From: the human T2T-CHM13v2.0 reference genome, Homo sapiens
NCBI RefSeq assembly: GCF_009914755.1
Contig: NC_060932.1
DNA: 64,000 nt
Reading direction: 5' to 3' (one strand)
Under the pieces are notes generated by a model. That model was not told the origin of the DNA and did not search any database. It worked only from the letters and a program-made list of their open reading frames with translations. Shown piece by piece: positions 11,977 through 23,460 of the stretch. Made by a program: the position numbers and the translations under genes. How positions within the stretch are numbered: the first letter of the stretch is position 1; each line of letters starts with the position of its first letter.

Positions 11977-12995
11977 TGTATGTCAGTTTTCTATTGTTGT
12001 GAAATAAATTATCACACACCCATTTATTAGCTTTCAGTTCTATAGTCTAGCATTGCAGGGGCTGGGTTTTCTGTTAGAATCTCCCAGGGCCAAAGTCAAG
12101 GTGTCAGCTGAATGTATTTCCACCTGGAGTTCAGGGTTGTCTCCCAAGCACATTTCTGTTGTTGGCAGAATTTGGTTTCATGCAGCTGTGAGACTGAGGT
12201 GAGCTGTCTGTTTCCTTGCTGGCCATCAGCTGGGGGCCTCTCAGCATTTTAAGGCTATCCACACTCCTTCTCATTGGGTTCTTCCATCTTCAAGTCAGTG
12301 TGAAAGGAAAACCTAGGGGCCCAAAAATTACTAAGCTAAGGGAAAAGTCAAGTTGGGAACTGCTCAGGACAAACCTGTCTCCCATTCTATTCAAAGTCAT
12401 CTCTCTGCTCACTGAGAAAGATGCATATTCTGATTGCCTCCTTTGGGAAGGCTAATCAGAAACTCAAAGAATGCAGCCATTTGTCTCTCACCTACTTGTG
12501 ACCTGGAAGTTCCCTCCCTGCTTCGAGTTGTCCCCGCCATTCTGGACGGAACCAATGTACTTCTTACATATGTTGATTGATGTCTCATGTCTCCTTAAAA
12601 TGTATAAAACCAAGCTGTACCCCGACCACCTTGGGCACATGCCATCAGGACCTCCTGAGGCTGTGTCATGGGTGTGCATCCTTAACTTTGGCAAATAAAC
12701 CTCCTAAAATGATTGAGACTTGTCTCAATCATTTTTCTTGATTGATGTCAGCAACCGTGAAAATTCTCAAGCTTTGAATCTCTCCGACTTCCTCTTTCTA
12801 CCACGAGCCAGAGAAAACTGTTTTTAAAACAGCTCATGTGATGAGATTAGACTCACCCAGATCATCTCCTCTACTGAGGGTGAACTATACCACATAACAT
12901 ACTATGATCACCAGAAGAAAGCTCATCATATCTACGGGTTCCAGGGATTAAAGTGTGGAATCTTGGGATCCATTTCTAGAATTCTGTCTACCACA
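11977..12995 (-). mobile_element. MaLR LTR, MLT1E-like, split by MER4A1
   Basis: tgtatgtcagttttctattg...ccatcttcaagtcag[insert]caacc...ttctagaattctgtctaccaca. Confidence 0.75.
12299..12747 (+). mobile_element. Solo ERV1 LTR, MER4A1-like
   Basis: tgtgaaaggaaaacctaggggcccaaaaattactaagctaagggaaaagtcaag...; 4-bp TSD TCAG (12295-12298 and 12748-12751). Confidence 0.88.
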
Positions 12996-14872
12996 CCCTG
13001 TATGGTACCCACAGGATGTCTTCTGTTTAATTCAGTTAATAAATATCAGCAGCATTTCCTCTTTTATTTAAATAAGCATTCCTAATACAACTCTTTTTCC
13101 TGTACCACACCACTCCCAGAAAACTGAAGATTGGTTTTTCGGTTAGTCCCTTTAATTCTGAGTACATTCATTTAATTAAAATTTCTTGAGCCATGCTATA
13201 TGCTAAGACGTGCTAGGTTCCCTGAATATCAACTTGAAGAAGACAAGATTCTCTGCCCACAAGGAAGTTGTATCTTAGTTTGGGAAATGGATACACAAAC
13301 CACTACCATAAAATGAAAATGTGCTAAGTGTTATACCGATTCCTGTATGAAGGGCCCTCTCCTTGTAGCCTCTAATAGGTGAGTGATAGTCTCTTTAATG
13401 CAACGTAATGGAGTGTAAAAGACCAAAGAGGGGATTTACAGATGGGTTTCACTACTTACTAGTTATTCACCCTTGGGTTATTTCCTTAACTTGCTCCAGC
13501 CTGAATTTATTAATGTATTTAGTAGAAATACCCAAACATACCTCATGGGTTTGTTGGACAATTATAAATAAAATAACACATATGAAAGTGCACAAGGAGC
13601 TCTTAGCATTTAAATGTCTGTTTCTCTTTCAGAGAAAGTTTTTGCTAGCTAAACTTTAGTATTAACCATGAAAGTTCAGATAGAAAGTCAGCAAAATGAG
13701 GAGCTTTATTTTCAGGTTCATATAATTGGGGGGAAGGTCTTCTCCAGCAACTGCCCTACCCGTAGACCCCTCAGTCTTCCATTTATGGGGTTTTGGCTAA
13801 GACTTTTTGAATGGTGCTATACAGGTCACTTAGAGTATAGGTATGGAACGATAAATATTTGCATTGTTTTGTTTTTCAAAGGCATTCAGATTACTTGTAG
13901 ACAGTAGCCACCTAGCATGTGAGGACAATTATCCTGAAATCACACGGCACCAATTAACAACACAGGTCCCAGAAAAGGGCTTAAAACAGTTGGTCAGTTC
14001 TTGAACTATTGAACCCTTTAAATATCTCTAGAATTCTTACCTGCACGGTATTAATTTGTTTAGCAGATTTTTCTTCACCGGCAGATAAAAAGATGTATTT
14101 TACACATAATGTCTGAATGACTCTGGGTTCTTAGTGGGATCTGAATGAGTAAGATATTCATCAGTGTACATGTTCTTTCAGGTATTTTTCATGTAGGTTC
14201 TTTACAAACTTGCAGAATTCATTCCACGGAAGACAGGTTCTGCATTAGGCTTAATTCTAAGAAATTTGAACTTCCTGTGTTTATAAGTAAACACTGGGAA
14301 TTTGAGATGACAGGGCTCTTTGCCAATCTCCTGATGAGTGACTTTGAAAAGGTGAAAGGATCCAAATATAAGATAAAGCCAGGAGAACTGGATTGTGTTT
14401 TCAAGTTGCCTACATTTTGTCCATTTGTGACATTTAACTGTAAAGTTTATTCACAGTTAAGTAAGTAATTGACAGCTCACAGTAACTTGCAGGTCCTGGA
14501 TTTGAAAAGCTCAATTAAGAAAATAAAGTCTTGTCAGATTTTAATGTCTCTTCTTCCATTCTTAATGAAGTTTCAAAAGAACAGAATCTTTTTTTGAGCT
14601 ATAAACTTTATTTTGTTTTCAGAAGCTGTATGAGCAAATTCTTTATTTGCCATTTTATTTCATTTTTTTAATTATACTTTAAGTTCTAGGGTACACGTGC
14701 ACAACGTGCAGCTGTTACATATGTGTACATGTGCCTTGTTGGTGTGCTGCACCCATTAACTCGTCATTTACATTAGGTATATCTCCTAATGCTATCCTTC
14801 CCCCCTCCCCCCACCCCACAACAGGCCCCGGTGTGTGATGTTCCCCACCCTGTGTCCAAGTGTTCTCATTGT

Positions 14873-15334
14873 TCAATTCCCACCTATGAGTGAGAACATG
14901 CAGTGTTTGGTTTTTTGTCCTTGCGATAGTTTGCTCAGAATGGTTTCCAGCTTCATCTGTGTCCCTACAAAGGGCATGAACTCATCCTTTTTTATGGCTG
15001 CACAGTATTCCATGGTGTATATGTGCCACATTTTCTTAATCCAGTCTATCATTGATGGACATTTGGGTTGGTTCCAAGTCTTTGCAATTGTGAATAATGC
15101 CACAATAAACATACATGTACATGTGTCTTTATAGCAGCATGATTTATACTCCTTTGGGTATATACCCAGTAATGAGATGGCTGGGTCAAATGGTATTTCT
15201 AGTTCTAGATCCTTGAGGAATCGCCACACTGTCTTCCACAATGGTTGAACTAGTTTACAGTCCCACCAACAGTGTAAAAGTGTTCCTATTTCTCCACATC
15301 CTCTCCAGTACTGATGGCCAGTGACGATGAGCAT
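14873..15334 (-). pseudogene. L1 ORF2p C-terminal domain remnant, open for 153 aa from an ATG
   Basis: WRGCGEIGTLLHCWWDCKLVQPLWK...MFSLIGGN* is the ORF2p C-terminus; first Cys of the CCHC motif is Tyr. Confidence 0.85.
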
Positions 15335-15369
15335 TTTTTCATGTGTCTGTTGGCTGCATAAATGTCTTC

Positions 15370-15419
15370 TTTTTTTTTTTTTTGAGACAGAGTCTCAGTC
15401 CGTCGCCCAGGCTGGAGTG
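15370..15419 (-). mobile_element. Alu 3' tip (tail plus 36 nt of right arm)
   Basis: T-run then gagacagagtctcagtccgtcgcccaggctggagtg, abruptly joined to L1 5'UTR sequence. Confidence 0.9.
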
Positions 15420-15446
15420 TTTTGTTTACCTACTCAAACGTCAGCA

Positions 15447-15710
15447 ATGGTGGACCCCCCTCCCCCAGCCTCATTGCCACCTTGCAGTTCAGTCTCAGAC
15501 TGCTGTGCTAGCAGTGAGCGAGGCTCCGTGGGCGTGGGACCCTCTGAGCCAGGCGTGGGATATAATCTCCTGGTGTGCCATTTGCTAAGACCTTTGGAAA
15601 AGTGCAGTATCAGGATGGGAGTGTCCCGATTTTCCAGGTACCATCTGTCATGGCTTCCCTCAGCTAGGAAAGGGAATTCCCCGACCTCTTGCACTTCCTG
15701 GGTGAGGTGA
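15447..15710 (+). CDS. ORF0: L1 ORF0 homolog (antisense 5'UTR ORF), 87 aa, open; expression unknown
   Basis: MVDPPPPASLPPCSSVSDCCASSERGSVGVGPSEPGVGYNLLV...RFSR matches primate L1 ORF0; Kozak context gcaATGg; donor CAG/GTACC at 15637/15638. Confidence 0.55.
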   Translation: MVDPPPPASLPPCSSVSDCCASSERGSVGVGPSEPGVGYNLLVCHLLRPLEKCSIRMGVSRFSRYHLSWLPSARKGNSPTSCTSWVR

Positions 15711-16639
15711 TGCCCCGCCCTGCTTTGGCTCACACTTCGTGGATTGCACCCACTGTCCAACAAGCCCCAGTGAGATAAACCCGGTACCTTGGTTGGAAAT
15801 GCAGAAGTCACCCATCTTCTGCATCACTCACGCTGGGAGCTGTAGACTGGAGCTGTTCCTATTCGGCCATCTTGGGACTGCTGAGCTATAAACTTTAAAT
15901 GTAAATTTTCTTGAAGTATAATGTATGTACAGAAAATACACAAATTACAAGTGAACAGCTTCATCAATTTTCAGACAATAAAGCATTGTCTATGTTTCCA
16001 GAATCCAGATCAAGAAATAGGATATTATCATAAGCCTTCTTTGGCCTCCTACTGGTCACTACCCTTGGTCACCAAGGGTAACCACCATTCTGACTTATAA
16101 CCTCAGATTATTTTTGCATGCGATTGAACCTTATATGTAATTATGTTGGACATATATCCTAGAATGGAATTGTTCAATTACTGGGTATGTGTATATATTA
16201 GTTTTCTATTAGTAACAAATCACCACATATTTTGTCTGGCTTAAAACAGCACACATTTATTGTCTCATAGTTGCCTTGGGTCAAGTGTCTGGGCACAGCT
16301 TAGATGGGTTCTCTTCTCAGGCTCTCACAAGACTGTGACCAAGATGTCAACTAAGCATTGTGTATGTGACATTAGCTCCACTTTTAGTCTTCTGAAGGCT
16401 ACTGCAACTTCATAGTAATCCTGCCCTTTTTTAGTCTACTTACTGAATACGCAGTAGCAGTTTAATGGAGAGCAATTGAAGGAGATATGGATGTTACCAT
16501 CATTTTTAATACCTGGGGAATAATGTTAATCTGCCCTTTGCCTTTCCACAGAGGAGGAAATTATAAGCATTATATATATATGTGTGTGTGTGTATGTGTG
16601 TGCATACATATGTATGCATAGGTATATGTATGTATAACT

Positions 16640-16882
16640 TACTACATATGTAGGCTATATGATATAGCCTATTGTTCCTGGGCAAGAAACTTGTAGAGCA
16701 TGTGACTGGACTGAATTCTGTAGGCAATTATAACACAATGATATGTATTGGTGTACTAATAATACCTAATTGTATCTAATCATAGAAGAGTGCAGTAAAA
16801 ATATGATATTATGTTCTTACAGGACCACCATCATATATGTAGTTTGGGATTGACTGAAATGCCATTATGTGATGCATGACTG
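16640..16882. mobile_element. Tigger3/MER7-like DNA transposon end
   Basis: cctattgttcctggg...gtaggcaattataacacaatg...ggaccaccatcatatatg...ttatgtgatgcatgactg followed by TA. Confidence 0.75.
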
Positions 16883-16928
16883 TATATATGACATAAAATA
16901 AGCTTTAAGATATATCTAACTACTACAA

Positions 16929-17232
<304 letters not shown>

Positions 17233-18641
17233 GGATGTATCTAACTACTCCAGAATATTCTCCCTAATTTTTTGAGGGTAAGTCATGCACCATGTTCTCT
17301 GTACCATGTTTCAGTTAACCTTCTTTTATTTCTATTCTATAGAAATAACCATCAATTGCTTAGGTTATTTGGAATTATTTTTTGTTGGAGCATCTCTGCT
17401 ACAATTCTATAAACTCATCTAGGGTACTACTAATTTTAGAAGTCTATCAGAATCACATGGCCCAGGCCTTGTGTAGTAAATGGTTATTGAACTGAAATGA
17501 AATTATAGTTATAAGTAGTAAATTTAGGTATCTGAGTTCATCAACAAATCAATTCATACATATACCTTGATTGACTTCTATTTGGCCTAATTTACTGATA
17601 CATTTCTGGATCTAATATGGACAAAAATATTAGAAATTTTAACTTTTATTACAAGTCTGGAGAGCATGTTTTCTTAGTTGATGCTAACTTTTAGATTAAA
17701 AATACCCAGACTATAGCAACACTTAGTTATTGCTACTCTTTATTACCAAAGATTGAAATTATCATCATTTGTATCTTGAATAGGCCAATGGCTTCTCTCT
17801 CCCTCTTTTCAATCTTGCAGACTGTGACCATTTCACTTATAAGTAATGCATTTTCCGTAAATGTCAGTACTAACAAACATAAATACAAAATGGCAAAAAT
17901 ATAAAATATTTTATGAAGACAGTACATGATATAATAATCAAAATATACTAGGAAATTTATCCATGATATGATTATTTAGCAATACCACAGATTTTCAATA
18001 TAGGCTATATATATATATATAAACCACATACATGGTATATTTCCTCATCAATAATAGAGCCTTTGTCTAATAGGATTTGCAGGAACAGCATATTTAAATA
18101 TTTTTCCTTTTCAGGAAAAAAAAATTTCATATCATTCTACATCTTAAAACTCTGCATTTCAACTCTTGTGTTTTTAAATATACTTCACAGCTTTACCTTT
18201 TACACTTTAGGAAAGAAGTCATTTATCTATAATTATTCACTAACAATTACAATAATCATCTAAAGTAACTATTACTGATCTCCACTTAAAGTTCAGGAAT
18301 GAAAGAGCTGGGATTCAAACAGACATTTGTTTTACACTTCAACCTCTTCTTCCACTCTACAAGCTACATCATGGCAACAGCAAGTTATTAAGCTAGCTAT
18401 AAATTAATATTCCAATTTTTTCAAAATTTTAAACACATACTTACACACTGCACATCCACCAAAGACTTTGCACTTGATAAGTTGTCTTATATTACCATTT
18501 GTATGTTTATATGCTCTAATTTCAATTTAGAAATTTTTAATTGTAATTTTCAACCTAATAAACAGACTTTCAGATACTACAAGCTACTACTAATTTAGAG
18601 CTACATTACCAGGAGCAAGAATATCAGTCTGAAAGTGTACA

Positions 18642-18731
18642 TCATCCTTTGAAATGAAACATACAAAAAGATGTGTATGTCAACTTTCATCCTTTGAAAT
18701 GAAACAAACAAAAAGATGTCTATGTCAAAAT
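18642..18731. repeat. Two-copy 45-bp tandem duplication
   Basis: tcatcctttgaaatgaaacatacaaaaagatgtgtatgtcaa repeated with 2 substitutions. Confidence 0.9.
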
Positions 18732-19519
18732 TCCTTGGTCTTCACTGTTTTTTTTTGTTGTTGTTGTTGCCCTGGATGGAAGATGGATCTTATAGTTTCA
18801 CATACATGTGGGAGGTGGGATCACTGACTGCAGAAAGAGAAGCAGTAATGGTAGAGAAACTCTTTACCCCTAAGCAGTTGGCATTTTGTCAGTCCAGAGT
18901 GGGGCTAGTTCAATAATTGTTCTCCCAGCATAATAATCCCCCCGACAGGAATAGATGGAAATGTGGCTTGTTCCATAAACTTAAAACCTTGAGAATTTTT
19001 ATTTTAAAATTATATTGATTTGTATAAGATTTATAAAATGAATTGCTATTTAAAAAATTATTTATATAAGATTTATTACACAGCTTGTTGTGATTGAGGG
19101 ATCTCGGGGAGGAGCCTCAACTGTTTCTCTCTAAACTCAGTTCAACTTCCCATTGCTTATTTTTGAAAATGCCCTATGGACACTTTAGTCATCAAATAGT
19201 TGTTGAAACCCCATGTAAAATAACCAGAACATTTGTATTTACTTTCCCAATGGATTATGTAAGGTTTCCAAAATAATGCAAAATATACTTGGCTAGCTTG
19301 TTTTGTACTTTGTGAACTTCACATTAAAACAAACCAACAAAAACCAACAGTTTTTTTTTAACAATATATGAACCTAGCACACAGATGGCTTTGTCAATTA
19401 GTCACTGATATGAAAGAGCTATGGAACCAAAGTCCAAAGATAATGGATCTTTAAAAACAAACAAACAAGACGACCATCCAGCAAGCAGTAGGATTATAGT
19501 CAGAAAAGTGCTTGTAAAA

Positions 19520-20050
19520 CAAGAGTGTAAATGAGTAAGGCCTGTGCTTGGGGTCAGATGGACTAGGGTTTCAATACTCCTCTACCTTTTACTAGCCATG
19601 GGACCTCTGACAAATTATTTTCACTTGCCAACCCCCACTATTTATACCTTTTCCAAGTATAAAACAGGAAATAATGGAATTATAATGGCATTTTTCATTC
19701 ATTTACTTTCCACATCTGTTGGGTGCCTGTTCTGTGCTACATACTCTTCTGGAACCAGGCAAATACAATGTTAAAAACAGACTAGAGTCTCTGCCCTTAT
19801 GGAACTTACCTTTTAGTGGGAATGAAGAAAAAGATAAACATAATAATTAAGTAAATGCATAGTATACTGAGAGGTGAAACAAGTCTGAAAGATGGCATAC
19901 ACTAGGGAAAGTTGCTGTTTTAAGTAGTGTGATTAGAAAGAGCCTCACTGTTACAGCAACATTTGAGCAACTGTAATTAATGATGAGGGAGTGAATACCC
20001 CATACTCAGGTGAAGAATTTCAGAGGGAGTGAATGTGGATCCACATTTTT
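19520..20050. mobile_element. MIR followed by L2 fragment
   Basis: gggtcagatggactagggtttcaat (MIR), then cattcatttact...ctgcccttatggaacttaccttttagtggg (reversed L2). Confidence 0.6.
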
Positions 20051-21979
20051 GCTCACAATGCTACTGTGCCCCAAAATAAGGGCAGTTTGCTCCAAATGCA
20101 GTTTCCCATTAGGATCAACGGGATGGTAAGGTTAAATGAAACTTGATTCAAGGTTATTTTCCTAACAGGGTAGGGAGTCAGAAATCTCCCTATTTGCATT
20201 AGCATGTTAGACTTAGAAAGACAATCACATGTGGCCAATGTCTATTATGTATATATCATAGCAGAGAAACAATTCAGAAATACTCTTTTGGAAATGGACA
20301 AATAGGATTTTAAATCCTTAGATTGGCAATTTCTCTAAAGGATAAATTAATCATGAGAACAGGAAGAGAAAGAAATCTTAGTAATAATATTATGAATGAG
20401 TGTTTAAAATTAGAATCACTAAAACTGGGCTCTGCTGTTTCTTTTTCCAGGTTTTCTCCTTCACGAACAATTTGTTTTTGATTCTCCAGAAAAATCCATG
20501 CTAAGAAAGGCCCCATTCTAGAAAGTCTAGTTTATTACTATTAAGTTAAATATTGAGTTGACTTTTTTTGTATTTAGGAAAGGTTTAGGAAATGCCCCTT
20601 GTCTTACTTACGAGTGCCAATAAACTTATTTGGCTATTTTCTCCCAATTACTTAATGATAACCTGCTATGAATCATTTTATAAGACAAATCATTCTCAAG
20701 TTTTCTGAATGCTTAGATACTTATATATTGGATTTTTTCAGTATGGGGAACACCTGTTTCTTCAGTAGGAGGGACAATTCAATGCTACTGGAAAAGAAAG
20801 CTAGTCACTTTCTTCTCTTCACTCTGTTCTGCCCAGGCTCACTCTTTGGTGGCCCTGAGAGGAACTAAGTTGAAGCCGCCATTAGAATGCAGCGCACCCA
20901 CCGCCATAAGTGAGTGCTGGTTGGCCTGCTGGTGACTTTGTTTCAGAATTCTCACAGTTCACTCTGGTGAATGGAGAGGACATATCAGCAGCCCAAGTGG
21001 AACAGCTCATGTTCACCATGTCCCTGGGAACACAGAAGGGAAAGCTCCTCCACGTCTTGCCCCACATGAATCCAAGCATATGTGGATTTTGCTCCCTGCT
21101 TCTCCAAGGCATCCTCTTCCACCTGCTGACAGTATGATTCATTTTCCCTCCAAAGAATAACTACTTGATCCTTTTCTTCTCCATCTTGTCAAACTCACTT
21201 TCCCTGTGCAATTTGAAAGATATTCTACTTGTATGTGCAATCATAACAGAAGCAAATATAGAGGCCACGTTCAACGTTGTACTGGGCCATTTGTTGGCCC
21301 ACTCAAATAACTCTCTGTGAATTTAAACTTAGGACTTACATCTGGCCACTTATAACAGAGGATGCATTATGTGTAGTCTGTCAGCCTGGTAACCTCAGGT
21401 TTGTGTGAGTCATAATCCAGATTGGTGGGTGAATACCACTTCCACCCATCCACCCACTCTACCTTTTAGTCTTACATAAGCCACCATGGAAAAGCTTTTC
21501 CATCCTCTTGCCTGATCCTGCAAAATACTACTTCAGTTTTTGCTTATTTATAATTCCAGGTTATAAGAATTATGTATAAATGTTAGTCTTACATCTGAGA
21601 GCTATGTTTAGAAGATTTTGTCAGTACTTGGTCTAGCCAGGGCAATGACATAGTATGGTAATGCCTTTATTTCACCTGCCAATAATAGTGAATTTTAGGG
21701 AAATTTAGGAGAATTATGGCTATGGATTTCAGAAAGCACAAACTTCAAACTCTCATATATGAGGAGAAGCTACCTAAGGAATTCAGTAAATATTCTACTT
21801 AGAGTTCATTAGAAAATGTTGTATACAATAAGTCAAATCGGCAATCATTTTGAGTAGCCATTGTGTGCCAGACACTGTACAGAGTACTGTGGAAGCTACA
21901 GAGGTGACTATCCACGTATGGCCTGAAATCTTGCAGTGAGAAAATAACTTTCTTTAAGTGCTTTCTTTGCTTGGATACA

Positions 21980-23460
21980 GAGATGCTTTCTTATTGGTTT
22001 TCTCCTATATTGTTGTCTGCATGTCTCGCTTCACTTTTTGTTTATTTGTTTTTGCTGTTTCCTCCATGTATTTAGTCCTTGGATTTTTCTAGGGCTCCAT
22101 CCTTGAATCCCTTTTCTATCTGCACACACTTCCTTGGTTACCACACTCTAATAGCATGGTTATTACTGTTATTTCTATGTTGAGGACTCCAAATTTATAT
22201 CGGAAGTCTCAACTTATTTGCTGAGCTCAAGACTCATATATCAAACTGCCTGTCCAACATAACATAATCGAAATCTTAAAATTGGCATGTCCACAAAAGG
22301 TTTCCTCATCCCCCAGTATCCAACATAGCTGTCTCCAACTCTGTATTTGAAAACCCAATGCCCCTAGTTGCTCAGGCCAATGCTTGATTTTGTGTGCGTG
22401 TGTGTGTGTGTTTATGTGTGTGTGTGAAATTCACATCTAACCCATTAGTTTATCCCGACAACTTGATATAGTTTGTATATTTGTCCCTGCCTAAATCTCA
22501 TGTTGAATTTTAATCCCCATGCTGGAGGTGGGGCCTGGTGGGAGGTGTTTGGGTCATGGTGAATCCCTCATGGCTTGGTGATGTCTTCATAATGGTGAGT
22601 TCTTCAGAGATCTGGTCATTTAAAAATGTATGGCACGGCCTTCCCGCCCTCTTTTTCTCTCTCTCTCCCTCTCTTTCTCTCACACATTTGCCCCTGCTTT
22701 CACTATGTGATGTGCCTGCTCTCCCTTCATATTCTGCCAGGATTGTAAGCTTCCTCAGGCCACCCTAGAAGCTTAGCAGATGCCAGCATTATGCTTCCTG
22801 TACAGTCTGCAGAACTGTGAGCCAATTAAACCTCCTTTCTGGTAAATAATCCAGTCTCAGGTATTTCTTTGTAGCAATGCAAGAATGGCCTAATACATAG
22901 CTCTACCTTCAACATACAACCAAAATTCAGCCAGCTCTTGTCACCTCTACTTCTACCACCATAGCTCAAGCCACTCAACTATTTCACCTGAATGGCTCTA
23001 ACATCTCCAGCATAGTACCAGAGTCAATTTCTTGAAAGCAAGACAGATCATGTCACTTCTTAGATTAACTCCATTCAATGACCTATTATTCCAGATAGGG
23101 CAAAGTTTTTATAATAACAATCAAGATCCCACATAGCTTAACTCTCTTACATCTCAACTCTCATCTCCTATATCCCCTTTTCATCCCTCTCCACCCTACT
23201 TCTCACTTTATTCTGGTCTCCTTATTGGTTTGCAAATATGTCTCAAGATCTTGATACTCAATACTTCCCCCAAACTCCTTCCACATTTATTGTATATAAA
23301 TGATCAAATGTCATTTATGAACAAAACACTCTCTGATCAACCTGATTTAAAATGGCTTTTTTAATCCTTGACACCTCTCACCCCTTTTCACTGATTTTTT
23401 TCCATAACAACTTATCATTATGTGACATATGTACTTACTTGTTTACGTATAAGATTTACC
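21980..23460 (+). mobile_element. L2 LINE (L2a-like) interrupted by MSTB
   Basis: gactccaaatttatatc...ctcaagactcatatatcaaactgcctg...cagatcatgtcactt, typical L2 3' region. Confidence 0.65.
22464..22897 (+). mobile_element. Solo MaLR LTR, MSTB-like
   Basis: tgatatagtttgtatatttgtccctgcctaaatctcatgttgaa...gcaagaatggcctaataca; decayed TSD caact/tagct. Confidence 0.88.

Larger units (their letters stand above)
14611..15881 (-). mobile_element. Internally deleted L1PA (about L1PA4-6) with both ends intact and an Alu tip at the junction
   Basis: L1 3'UTR and ORF2 end at 14670-15372, Alu tip at 15370-15419, L1 5'UTR at 15420-15881; 16-bp TSD tgagctataaacttta at 14595-14610 and 15882-15897. Confidence 0.93.
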
